Part shown: positions 18,944-28,090 of the stretch, piece after piece | Position numbering within the stretch: position 1 is the first letter of the stretch | Layout: each line of letters starts with the position of its first letter | NCBI GenBank assembly: GCA_046483495.1 | Contig: JAWODC010000068.1 | Span: 1-47,091, forward strand | Direction: 5' to 3' | From: Desulfobacterales bacterium | GTDB taxonomy: Bacteria; Desulfobacterota; Desulfobacteria; Desulfobacterales; UBA5616 | Length of the DNA stretch: 47,091 nucleotides | Notes under the pieces: generated by a model | Seen by the model: only the letters and a program-made list of their open reading frames with translations | Told to the model about the DNA's origin: nothing | Database searches by the model: none | Translations under genes and position numbers: made by a program

Positions 18944-19993
18944 ATGAAGAAAAATGATGCGGCCGGATCGGCCGGCATTCTGGTTGTGGATGACGAAGAA
19001 TCCATCTGTCGGTTGCTCAGCGATATCTTGGAATTTGACGGGTATCACTGTCTTACGGCAAATGATTCGGAAGCCGCAAGAGCTGTTCTGAAAAGTCATA
19101 CCGTCGACCTGGTATTGAGCGATATCAATATGCCGGGGGAATCCGGGTTGGATTTCATCCAATTCGTCTTTGACAATTACCCGGATATCGCCGTCATTAT
19201 GGTTACCGCCATGGATGATACGTCTCTTGCCGGGCAGCTATTCGAACTCGGCGTCTACGATTATATCACAAAGCCGATCACCCGCAGCGGCGTACTCATC
19301 AGTGTTTCCAATGCATTGACGCGGCGTTCGCTGGAAATCACCAATAGGTCTTACCGGGACGGGCTGGAGAAGATGGTCGAAGAGCGGACGAAATCCATTC
19401 AGAATATCATGGAGAAGCTTCGCCAGACACTGGATGGAATGATTCATACCATCGCCCTGACCGTGGAAACCCGGGATCCCTATACGGCAGGCCACCAGCG
19501 GCGCGTCGCCGATTTGGCGCGTGCTATAGCCGTTGAGATGGAATTATCCGATGAAGTGGTGGAGGGAAGCTATTTGGCCGGCTTGATACACGATCTGGGC
19601 AAAATCTCGATTCCGGCGGAAATTTTGAGCAAACCCGGCCTGTTATCCAAAAATGAATTCAACTTAATCAAAGAACATCCCCGGATCGGCTACGAAATAC
19701 TGCAGGACATCGAATTTCCCTGGCCCATTGCGGATATCGTTCTTCAGCATCACGAGCGGTTCGATGGATCAGGCTATCCCCAAGGGCTGAAAGGAGATGA
19801 TATTCTGCTGCAGGCACGCATTATCGCCGTTGCCGACGTAGTGGAGGCGGTTGCCTCGCACCGCCCCTACCGTGCCGCCCTGGGAATCGATATCGCCATG
19901 GATGAAATACGACAAAATGCCGGAACCTTCTACGATCCAAAAATAACCAAGGTGTGTATGGATCTTTTTAAGAACAAAGGCTACCGTTTTTGA
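18944..19993 (+). CDS. Response regulator with HD-GYP c-di-GMP phosphodiesterase domain (RpfG-like)
   Basis: REC domain (VVDDE, SDINMP, KP), then RDPYTAGHQRRV, HDLGK and HHERFDGSGYP. Start could be 18896. Confidence 0.93.
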   Translation: MKKNDAAGSAGILVVDDEESICRLLSDILEFDGYHCLTANDSEAARAVLKSHTVDLVLSDINMPGESGLDFIQFVFDNYPDIAVIMVTAMDDTSLAGQLFELGVYDYITKPITRSGVLISVSNALTRRSLEITNRSYRDGLEKMVEERTKSIQNIMEKLRQTLDGMIHTIALTVETRDPYTAGHQRRVADLARAIAVEMELSDEVVEGSYLAGLIHDLGKISIPAEILSKPGLLSKNEFNLIKEHPRIGYEILQDIEFPWPIADIVLQHHERFDGSGYPQGLKGDDILLQARIIAVADVVEAVASHRPYRAALGIDIAMDEIRQNAGTFYDPKITKVCMDLFKNKGYRF

Positions 19994-20355
19994 GCATCAT
20001 CAGTTATTTTATTCTGTTTTAAGCCGGTTAGAAACCTGAAATGACGAAAAAGGATATTGCAAAAAGTGATCCGAACTTTTAAAAAATAAATAGTGTCCAT
20101 CGGTAACCGTATTCGAAAGTGCTTATCCATATACGGCATTTCGGCCCGGAGCGGCGGTATCTTCGCCCTCTTGAAATCCTCGATATCGTCTTGCCAATAC
20201 TAAGATAAGAAAGATGATGTTCACCTTTGAAAGAAAATCCCTGAAATCCCGGCAGAAACATCGAAAAGGAAATAGGAGCCCGGGCACCCGGTCGATTGCT
20301 GGGAGGGAAAATGAAAAGAATCGTGGCCGGTCCATTTGTCACGGCATAGGAGGAA

Positions 20356-22572
20356 ATGGTTATGAGCCGAAGTGAAGACAACGTTAAAATCGTCCGGACG
20401 ACATCCGCGTTCGATTGCGGGGGGCGCTGTCCCCTGCGCCTTCATGTCAAGAATGGTGAGATTATTCGGGTTGAGGGTGATGACGCAAAAAATCCCGATG
20501 ACCAGTTGAGAACCTGTTTACGATGCCGGGCCATTCGCAAGGAAGTGCACCATCCGGATCGTCTGAAATATCCCCTTAAGCGCAAAGGGCCGAAGGGGAA
20601 GGGAGAATTCGAAAGGATCTCATGGGACGAAGCTTATGACACCATCATCGAACGGCTGGCCTTCACGCGGGACAATTACGGCTATGAGAGCATCTTCCTG
20701 GTCCCCGGTGGAGGATACCTCGGCGCCCTTCACAACGGCGGGAGAGCTTTGGCCAAGCTTCTCGGGATGTTCGGAGGCTACACCACCAATTACGGAAATG
20801 TCAGTTCCGAAGGGGCTGTATGGGCCGTCATGGCCCAGTACGGCTCCGTCATGGTGGGGCACAGCCGCGAAGACCTGCTGAATTCAAAATTAATTATCAT
20901 GTGGGGATGGGACCCGGCGCGGATGATTTCCGGAACCAATACGATGTACCATCTGATTAAAGCCAGGGAGGCCGGCATAAAGATTGTCTGTATCGATCCC
21001 CGGTATCATGATACGGCCGTGGTCTTGGCGGATCAATGGATACCCATCAGGCCCGGCACCGATACCGCCATGATGGCCGCCATGGCCAATGTCATCATCA
21101 AGGAAAACCTGCACGACCAAGCCTTTTTGGATAAATACACCGTCGGATTCGAGCCGTACAAAGCATATGTACTCGGAGATGAAGACGGCATCGAAAAGAC
21201 GCCTGGATGGGCCGAAGAAATTTGCGGCGTCCCCGCCCTGACCATCGAAAATCTTGCAAAAGAATATGCATCGGCTAAGCCGGCCGCCTTGATGGACTGC
21301 CAGGGACCGGCCAGAAGCGCCATGGGTGAACAGTACAATCGCGGCGCCATGACCCTGTGTGCCATAACCGGAAATGTCGGCAAGAAAGGGGGCAGCGCGG
21401 GCGGCGGCCTGATGGGCATTCCGGTCGGGCATATGTTCCGCTCATCCGGCATACCCGGTGTCAAAAATCCGGTCGAAGCCGGCGGCCCCTCTGTTCGAGG
21501 CACCCTGGATCTGAATCTTCGCACATTGAAGCGGGTTCATACCAATAAAATTTTCGACGCTATTATAAATGGAAAGAAAAGCGGATATCCTGCTGATATC
21601 ACATTCGCCTGGTTTGTCTGTAATAATTTTCTAAACCAGCTCGGCAACACGAACAAGGCCGCCAGGGCGCTTACTGAACTGGATTTTCTGGTGGTAAGCG
21701 AACTCTTCATGACGCCCACGGCGAGGTATGCCGATATTCTGCTTCCGGTCTCCCACGTAGCGGAAAGAAACGACCTTACACGACCCTGGCCCTCCGGACC
21801 CTACTATACGTGTGTAAATCGTGCGGTGGAACCCCCCGGTGAATGCAAGTCCGATTATGAAATCGTTTGTGAACTCGCCGAACGCCTCGGCTATGCCGAC
21901 TTCAATCCCGCTACCGAAGAGCAATGGCTCAGGGCTTTTGTCGAAAAGAACCCCGAAACCGGTCCTCAAATCAAGGATTATGACCGATTTAGAGAAGAAG
22001 GCGTCTTTCGCGTCAAGCTCGACGAACCCATCGTCGCCTTTAAGGACCAGATAGCGGATATTGAAAATCATCCATTCGAAACCCCGTCCGGCAAAATAGA
22101 AATCTTCTCTCAACGAGCGGCGGACCTCAACAACCCGCGGTGTCCTTCTGTACCCAAATATGTGCCGACATGGGAGGGGATAAGCGACCCCTTACGCGAA
22201 AAATATCCGCTCCAGGTGCTGACGCCGCATGGAAAAACACGCGTGCATTCTCACCTGGGAAATATCGATTGGTTAAAAGAAATCGAACCCCATCAATGCT
22301 GGATCAACCCGGTCGACGCCGACCCGCGGGGAATCGCAAACGGGGACCCCATTCATGTGTTCAACGACCGTGGCACCATACGCATAACAGCAAAGGTGAC
22401 CGAACGAATAATACCCGGTGTGATCTGCATCTTTGAAGGCACCTGGTACGATCCCGATAAAAACGGCATTTGCCGCGGAGGCTGTGTCAACGTGCTGACC
22501 AACGATCGATTTTCGGAAGGCGGCGCATCCACATTGAACACACTACTGGCACAGGCCCAAAAAATATCCTGA
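20356..22572 (+). CDS. DMSO-reductase-family molybdopterin oxidoreductase catalytic subunit (DmsA/YnfE-like, no Tat leader)
   Basis: DCGGRCPL, HPDRLKYPLKR, ISWDEA, IRPGTD, PTARYADILLP, TPSGKIEI, RVHS. AGGAGG SD. Confidence 0.92.
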   Translation: MVMSRSEDNVKIVRTTSAFDCGGRCPLRLHVKNGEIIRVEGDDAKNPDDQLRTCLRCRAIRKEVHHPDRLKYPLKRKGPKGKGEFERISWDEAYDTIIERLAFTRDNYGYESIFLVPGGGYLGALHNGGRALAKLLGMFGGYTTNYGNVSSEGAVWAVMAQYGSVMVGHSREDLLNSKLIIMWGWDPARMISGTNTMYHLIKAREAGIKIVCIDPRYHDTAVVLADQWIPIRPGTDTAMMAAMANVIIKENLHDQAFLDKYTVGFEPYKAYVLGDEDGIEKTPGWAEEICGVPALTIENLAKEYASAKPAALMDCQGPARSAMGEQYNRGAMTLCAITGNVGKKGGSAGGGLMGIPVGHMFRSSGIPGVKNPVEAGGPSVRGTLDLNLRTLKRVHTNKIFDAIINGKKSGYPADITFAWFVCNNFLNQLGNTNKAARALTELDFLVVSELFMTPTARYADILLPVSHVAERNDLTRPWPSGPYYTCVNRAVEPPGECKSDYEIVCELAERLGYADFNPATEEQWLRAFVEKNPETGPQIKDYDRFREEGVFRVKLDEPIVAFKDQIADIENHPFETPSGKIEIFSQRAADLNNPRCPSVPKYVPTWEGISDPLREKYPLQVLTPHGKTRVHSHLGNIDWLKEIEPHQCWINPVDADPRGIANGDPIHVFNDRGTIRITAKVTERIIPGVICIFEGTWYDPDKNGICRGGCVNVLTNDRFSEGGASTLNTLLAQAQKIS

Positions 22573-22611
22573 TGAATCGGCCCGTTTGCCTGATAAAAAG
22601 GAGGACAGCTC

Positions 22612-23169
22612 ATGCAAATCGGTTTCTATTTCGATCAAACCCGCTGCACCGGATGCGGGGCCTGCCAGGTGGCCTGCAAGGATTGGCACGATATACCGGC
22701 AGGGCCTGAGAAGTGGATCAGCATTACGTGTACGGAACGCGGAACATGTCCGGACGTGTTCGTCAGTTACATGATCGCCCCCTGCTGGCACTGCGAAGAT
22801 CCGGTATGTGTGGCCGCCTGCCCGGCGGATGCCGTTTGGAAACGCAGAGAGGACGGCATCGTTTTGGTCGACAGCGACAAGTGTCTCGGTAATGAAGCAT
22901 GTGATGTAAAGTGCCTGAAGGCTTGCCCCTACGATGCCCCCCAGTTCGATGCAACACCGGGCGCAAAGATGCGAAAGTGCACCTTGTGTGCGGATCGATG
23001 GGAAACCGGCGATCTTCCCGTATGTGTGGAAGCCTGCCCCACCCGGGCGCTCGATGCAGGTCCGATCGGGGAATTGAGAGCCAGGTACGGAGATGCAACA
23101 TCAGCCGACAACTTCACCTATTCGAAACGGGTAAAACCTTCGGTGGTTTTCAAGAAAAAAGAAAAATAG
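22612..23169 (+). CDS. DmsB-like 4x[4Fe-4S] electron-transfer subunit
   Basis: FYFDQTRCTGCGACQVACK, CWHCEDPVCVAACP, KCTLC..R...PVCVEACPTRAL. Confidence 0.92.
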   Translation: MQIGFYFDQTRCTGCGACQVACKDWHDIPAGPEKWISITCTERGTCPDVFVSYMIAPCWHCEDPVCVAACPADAVWKRREDGIVLVDSDKCLGNEACDVKCLKACPYDAPQFDATPGAKMRKCTLCADRWETGDLPVCVEACPTRALDAGPIGELRARYGDATSADNFTYSKRVKPSVVFKKKEK

Positions 23170-23178
23170 ACCCTCACC

Positions 23179-23649
23179 ATGAAAATCAGCAATTACATCG
23201 AACCGAACCGAATTTTCCTGAATATCCGGCTGCCGGACAAAACGTCGGTTCTCGAATTTATCGCCGACACGTGCACGGAGCACCGGCTCGTTACGGACCG
23301 GGAGACCCTTTACCGGGCCCTGTTGGCCCGGGAAGAAACCATGAGCACAGGCATCGGCAACGGCATCGCTCTTCCCCATGCCGTCAACGAGAAGGCCGAC
23401 CAAGCCGCCGTCCTCCTGATTCGGCCTGATCATCCCATTGATTTCAATGCCATTGACAGCCTGCCGGTGGACATCATCGTCGCATTGGTTATCCCCCAAA
23501 ATCGCACCACGCTGCATATTCAAATTTTGGCGGCCGTATCCAGGCTGTGTAAAAATCCCGGTTTTGCTGCCGCCTTCAGAAAAGCCGAAGAGGCCTGTGA
23601 ATTGGCGGATGAAATTATGCGACTGGAATCGAAAATGCGCTTTCATTGA
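23179..23649 (+). CDS. PTS EIIA (Ntr/fructose-type) domain protein
   Basis: LLAREETMSTGIGNGIALPHA with the phosphoacceptor His; IDFNAIDSLPV; HIQILA. Confidence 0.9.
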   Translation: MKISNYIEPNRIFLNIRLPDKTSVLEFIADTCTEHRLVTDRETLYRALLAREETMSTGIGNGIALPHAVNEKADQAAVLLIRPDHPIDFNAIDSLPVDIIVALVIPQNRTTLHIQILAAVSRLCKNPGFAAAFRKAEEACELADEIMRLESKMRFH

Positions 23650-23658
23650 TGGATTATC

Positions 23659-24081
23659 ATGTATTTAATTATCGCCGTCATCAATAATGAAGAAGTTCTG
23701 GATGAACTGATCACCGGTTGGCTGGATATCGGAGTAACCGGATCAACCGTTATTGAAACGACGGATTCCCTTCAGTTGATAAGCCACCATGTCCCTATTT
23801 TCGCCGGATTTCGTTCGTTTACCAGTGGAGGGATGAAACACAACAAGACGTTGTTCACCGTCATCGAAAACGAATCACTTTGCCGGCAGGCTTGTGACTA
23901 TCTGGAATCGCTTTGCCGGGAAACGGAATGTTCGCACCAGGGAATTTATGCTGTCGTTCCGATCATCCAGTTTAATCGCCTTGGGCTCGATGTTAAACCG
24001 CAGGAGAGGCACCGTCACATGGAGAAAAAAATCGGAAGGCCGTTGAAAACCAAAACGGATACCTGTGACGAAGAGGAATAA
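23659..24081 (+). CDS. PII-like (GlnB-superfamily) protein
   Basis: LIIAVIN..E.LDELI..W..IGVTGSTVIE...IFAGFR...NKTLFTVI...GIYAVVP fits the PII-like beta-alpha-beta pattern. Confidence 0.65.
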   Translation: MYLIIAVINNEEVLDELITGWLDIGVTGSTVIETTDSLQLISHHVPIFAGFRSFTSGGMKHNKTLFTVIENESLCRQACDYLESLCRETECSHQGIYAVVPIIQFNRLGLDVKPQERHRHMEKKIGRPLKTKTDTCDEEE

Positions 24082-24096
24082 GAACTCAATTTCGAA

Positions 24097-25296
24097 TCAT
24101 ACGGCCTGGTTGTGTCGGATCAGCCATTTGAGCACATGGGGGCCGGCCATGTCATTGTACATGACGGCGATCAGGGCCATGCCGATAATGCCGGTCGTCA
24201 TCGTGTAGGGAAATCCTTTCTGGAGGTCCAGCAGTATGGCGAACGTAAGTCCGCCGGGTGATATCAGTCCCAGTCCAAACAGCGGTGATAACGATTCGGA
24301 GCCAAGCGATTGCTTGAAGGCAAAACCCCCGATAATTTTTCCGACCCCGATGATCAGGCTGTATCCCGCTGCAATCCCCAATACCCACACCGAAGGGATG
24401 TACCAGTTCACTCCCAAAAATAAAAGTATCAACAAATACACCGGTTTTTCGACCCCGACCAGCATGTTGAAAATGCGTTCTTTGTTCCTGACCATATTGG
24501 CAAGACAAATTCCGACCAGAAAATTCATCAGCAAGGGGGAAAAATTTAAAATAGCGGCGGCGCCGCCGGCGATCACCGTCATGGCGATGACAACGAGAAC
24601 CATTTCATTTTCGGCCAACCGGCCGATAAAAAAAAGGCCGAAAAGAAGGAACAGCCCGACGAACAGGAAGAAAACCATTAACAAGCTCACCCCCTGTTGG
24701 AGCCAGGGAAATTCTTCCACTGCCAGGGAGGGCCGGAAAAAAAACAGTACACCCAGAATCAACATGGCGATCAAACCGTCAAGACCGGATACGAACTTCA
24801 AGTTTCCTACCATGTTTTTCTGATGTTCCGAGGACTCGGAGACAACCATGGCAAGCCCTGTCTGGGCCGTAGGAACGGCAACGGCACAGAGTGCCAGTGC
24901 CGCAATCAGCGTTCGAGTCCAGGCGAATTCAAAGTAAAACAGGCTAAGCAGAACTGCACCGCCGAAAACCGTTATGGCGGAAGACATCCCCTCCAGCAGT
25001 GCCGACAAGTGCAGAGGGATCGGAAATCGCAGCATCTTACGCAACTCGAATTGAAATCCGAACAGCAGACCGGTCCATCCCAATAAAAACGTCGTGATCG
25101 GCTCGAGACGAATAGACGTTTCTGTGTTGATAATATTGGTGAAATGAGGTCCCAATAAAAGTCCGAGAAACAGAAATTCCGTTCCGGTTAAATAAAACCT
25201 TCTGGCAAACAGCGGAAGCTTGAATCCCCGAAAGGTCAGATGGTAACCGCTGAACGCAAGAAAGATAATCAATAGGAACGAAAAAAAGATTTTCAT
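24097..25296 (-). CDS. Cation:proton antiporter (CPA/Na_H_Exchanger-like) membrane protein
   Basis: ~12 TM segments. FLFLGLLLGP, GLLFGFQFE, SGLDG, SPLL..FLVG, GKIIG and GLGLISPGG resemble CPA2 motifs. Confidence 0.7.
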   Translation of the reverse strand: MKIFFSFLLIIFLAFSGYHLTFRGFKLPLFARRFYLTGTEFLFLGLLLGPHFTNIINTETSIRLEPITTFLLGWTGLLFGFQFELRKMLRFPIPLHLSALLEGMSSAITVFGGAVLLSLFYFEFAWTRTLIAALALCAVAVPTAQTGLAMVVSESSEHQKNMVGNLKFVSGLDGLIAMLILGVLFFFRPSLAVEEFPWLQQGVSLLMVFFLFVGLFLLFGLFFIGRLAENEMVLVVIAMTVIAGGAAAILNFSPLLMNFLVGICLANMVRNKERIFNMLVGVEKPVYLLILLFLGVNWYIPSVWVLGIAAGYSLIIGVGKIIGGFAFKQSLGSESLSPLFGLGLISPGGLTFAILLDLQKGFPYTMTTGIIGMALIAVMYNDMAGPHVLKWLIRHNQAV

Positions 25297-25473
25297 ACAA
25301 TAACCTTGAACATTAGAGAGAATATAATCTACCCGAACGTATTATTGAAACAATTCCTGTAAATTACAAGCATTGTCTTTACAAGAGGCCTGTTATCCCT
25401 TACAGTGGCCGATGGACGCTGCGCAGTCTGCCTCAAGACATTATATAAACAAAGATAAAGTCAGGGAAGCAAA

Positions 25474-26022
25474 ATGGTGCGGATTTATCTTGTAAGGCAT
25501 GGAAAAGCGGCCTCGGGGTGGGGGGAACAAAACGATCCCGGACTGAATGACCCGGGTCGCCGGCAGTCGGCCGAAGTGGCCGATACGCTTTATCCACTGG
25601 GGCCGATACCGATCGTTACAAGCCCTCTTTTGAGGACACGCCAAACAGCGGAACCTCTGGCACATAAATGGGGTGTCTCTCCACGAATCGAAGCCGGGGT
25701 GGCCGAGATACCGTCTCCACCGGCCCGGATATCGGATCGTGCCGCTTGGCTGAGAAGCATCATGACCGACGAGTGGCATAACCTGGAAAGCGGGTTGCAA
25801 TCCTGGCGATCGAATGTGATTGCCACCCTGAACCGACTGAAGGAGGATACCGTGGTGGTCACGCATTTCATCGCCATCAATGCGGCGGTTGGGGAAGCAT
25901 TGGGCGATCCGAAGGTTGTGGTGTTTCGCCCGGATAACACCTCGATCACCATCATCGACACCGACGGCGCGTGTTTAAGACTCGTGAAAAAGGGAAGAGA
26001 GGATAACACCATTATTTTATAA
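25474..26022 (+). CDS. Histidine phosphatase (phosphoglycerate mutase family)
   Basis: LVRHG, TSPLLRTRQTA, VVTH. Confidence 0.9.
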   Translation: MVRIYLVRHGKAASGWGEQNDPGLNDPGRRQSAEVADTLYPLGPIPIVTSPLLRTRQTAEPLAHKWGVSPRIEAGVAEIPSPPARISDRAAWLRSIMTDEWHNLESGLQSWRSNVIATLNRLKEDTVVVTHFIAINAAVGEALGDPKVVVFRPDNTSITIIDTDGACLRLVKKGREDNTIIL

Positions 26023-26078
26023 ACATGCGTGCATCCTTTTCCGCCGACGAAAGGTGACCGCTTTTCAGCTTGCCCGGG

Positions 26079-26843
26079 TTATTTACTGACTCGAAGCTTA
26101 TCCCCCGGATGAATGATGCTGGTTTTTTTCAACCCGTTCAACGCCATCAATTCACTCTCTTTTAATCCATATTTCAGGGCGATTCGAAATAAGTTATCCC
26201 CCTTTTTCACCGTATAATAGGTTATGCTCTCTGACGAAGATGCGGCCCCGGATGCACTTTTCGCCGATGCATCAGCTGATTGTGCAACGGAATTCATTTT
26301 TGAATCCAAGTCCTTGAGCGATAAAGCGAGCGTCTCGACATCTTTTTGCAGTTTATCGGTTTTCGCCGTCACCATGCTCTCGAGGACATCGATACGCCGT
26401 CTGTTTTGATCCGTCGGCACTTCGGCATTTTCTGCCGTATCAATGGCCATGGTGTTCTGCAGACGCAGGATCTCATCTTCTAATGCAACGATCCTGTTTT
26501 TGAGCTGTGTCAACTCGTTTCTTTCCACATCCGACCCTCCCGGTGCGAACAGGAAAAAATAGCCCAGCAAAATGACAACGAGTCCGATTGCTCCCCCTAA
26601 CCATACCGAGGGCTTTTGCAGAACTGAAAAAAGCCCGTTGGATGGATTCGCCATTTCCGGTTCATAACCGTCATCGTCAAATTCCGTTTCAAAGGATTCA
26701 CTCCCCGTCTGTCCATCCATAAGGGTTCGAACCGGACCGGGGAAAGCTTCTTCCCCATCGTCGAAATCGTCAATTTCTTCTCTTTCCGGCGACTCGAAAA
26801 GCTCTTTTTCTTCATCTCTCGTACGATCCATACCAACCTCCAA
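26079..26843 (-). CDS. Bitopic membrane protein with coiled coil and C-terminal LysM domain
   Basis: Acidic N-terminus, one TM, heptad region, and YTVKKGDNLFRIALKYG...LMALNGL...IHPGDKL. Confidence 0.88.
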   Translation of the reverse strand: MEVGMDRTRDEEKELFESPEREEIDDFDDGEEAFPGPVRTLMDGQTGSESFETEFDDDGYEPEMANPSNGLFSVLQKPSVWLGGAIGLVVILLGYFFLFAPGGSDVERNELTQLKNRIVALEDEILRLQNTMAIDTAENAEVPTDQNRRRIDVLESMVTAKTDKLQKDVETLALSLKDLDSKMNSVAQSADASAKSASGAASSSESITYYTVKKGDNLFRIALKYGLKESELMALNGLKKTSIIHPGDKLRVSK

Positions 26844-26882
26844 TGCACCTTTTGTTGATGTTTATCTTTCTATCGGACGTCA

Positions 26883-27827
26883 CTATGCGGGCCTGCCGTG
26901 CAAGGTTAAAAACGCGTCAAACGCATTCCAAAAGACGGATTGAACCGCATCGGATTCCTTTAAAATTTCATGGCGTGCACCGGGCACGGATAGAAACCGG
27001 CATCCGGGCATCACCGCACAGATCCGTTTCTGCGCCTTATTCGAAACGATCCGATCCCGTTCTGCAGAGGCCATCAGTACCGGTTTTCGTATACCGGCCC
27101 CATACCCCGGCGAGTTGAGAATATCGATGGATCGATATGCCGCCCGAATCCAACCATTCGTGACACCGCCTAATCCCAAATCGGGATTGTTCCTCACGGC
27201 ATCGACATGATCTCGGAATCGCCGGGGATCGGATGTGAGTTTATTTCCTTCGAACCGTCGGAATTCCGGTGCTTCATCACCATTGAAGAAGGCATAGTCA
27301 TCATCACGCCCGAACCTGATCAGAAAACGTACAGCCCTTCGGGGCAAGGGCCGTGTATCGATGTCGACCATGGGTGACGTCAAAACCAGAATATCCGCCA
27401 TATCCGGAAAATCATGAACACATCGAAGGCAAATGTGCCCGCCCATGGAATGGCCGAGGAAAATAACCGGTGAAACGGCGGTCGGCAGTACTTTTTCGGT
27501 CACGAACTGCTTCATATCTTCTATGTAGTGCTGAAAGGATGATACATGGCCTTTCAAACGGTTGGGCAGCATTCGCTCTGAAAGACCCTGCCCGCGCCAG
27601 TCCAGGGTATACACATCATACCCGCGATGCGCCAGCCGCTCGATGGGCTCTGCATATTTTTCGATAAATTCGGATCGCCCGTTCAACACCAATACCGTAC
27701 CTCGGGACGCTTTGTCCTGCCTGGTGTATCCATAACGCAGGTTTATGCTTTCGGATGTTGTGAAATACGCCGTGGTTAGGGTTACGGAACCGAGTGCAAG
27801 CGTCCGTTTTTCAAAAATATCCGTCAT
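26883..27827 (-). CDS. Alpha/beta hydrolase, lysophospholipase L2 (PldB)-like
   Basis: GRSEFIEKY, DWRGQGLS, GHSMGG, GARHEIL.E. Confidence 0.9.
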   Translation of the reverse strand: MTDIFEKRTLALGSVTLTTAYFTTSESINLRYGYTRQDKASRGTVLVLNGRSEFIEKYAEPIERLAHRGYDVYTLDWRGQGLSERMLPNRLKGHVSSFQHYIEDMKQFVTEKVLPTAVSPVIFLGHSMGGHICLRCVHDFPDMADILVLTSPMVDIDTRPLPRRAVRFLIRFGRDDDYAFFNGDEAPEFRRFEGNKLTSDPRRFRDHVDAVRNNPDLGLGGVTNGWIRAAYRSIDILNSPGYGAGIRKPVLMASAERDRIVSNKAQKRICAVMPGCRFLSVPGARHEILKESDAVQSVFWNAFDAFLTLHGRPA

Positions 27828-28090
27828 TGACCTTCATCTCGTTTTTTACTATTGATGAACAAGCGCCTCCCGCTGACAGGATGGGTTTTCTTCCCCGCAC
27901 AAGCGGGACGGAAGAGCAGATCGGCAGCCTGACTTGCCCGCAAAGAGCACTAAGGCCGATAACGCGTCTGGGGATCGCATGTGCCGTTCATACGGCTCCG
28001 GACGATATCATACAGATCAGCGGTCCAATGCCGGATAGCCGGGCTATATCATATTTTGAGACATAATTCGAGAGATAAAAAAGGGGGCTC

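Noticed and set aside
19994..20355. Possible Moco/Wco riboswitch or sigma54 promoter upstream of the molybdoenzyme
   Set aside because: No recognisable Moco RNA consensus, and the GGCAC...TTGC spacing is wrong for -24/-12.
20356..23169. Selenocysteine recoding in the oxidoreductase genes
   Set aside because: There is no in-frame TGA within conserved regions; both ORFs are complete.
27886..27912. TTCTTCCCCGCACAAGCGGGACGG resembles a type I-E CRISPR repeat
   Set aside because: It is a single copy with no spacers and no cas genes; better explained as a hairpin.
27900..28050. GGGACGGAAG and GATAGCCGGG recall c-di-GMP-I riboswitch segments
   Set aside because: The GGCAAA/GAAA P2 elements are missing and the spacing is too long.
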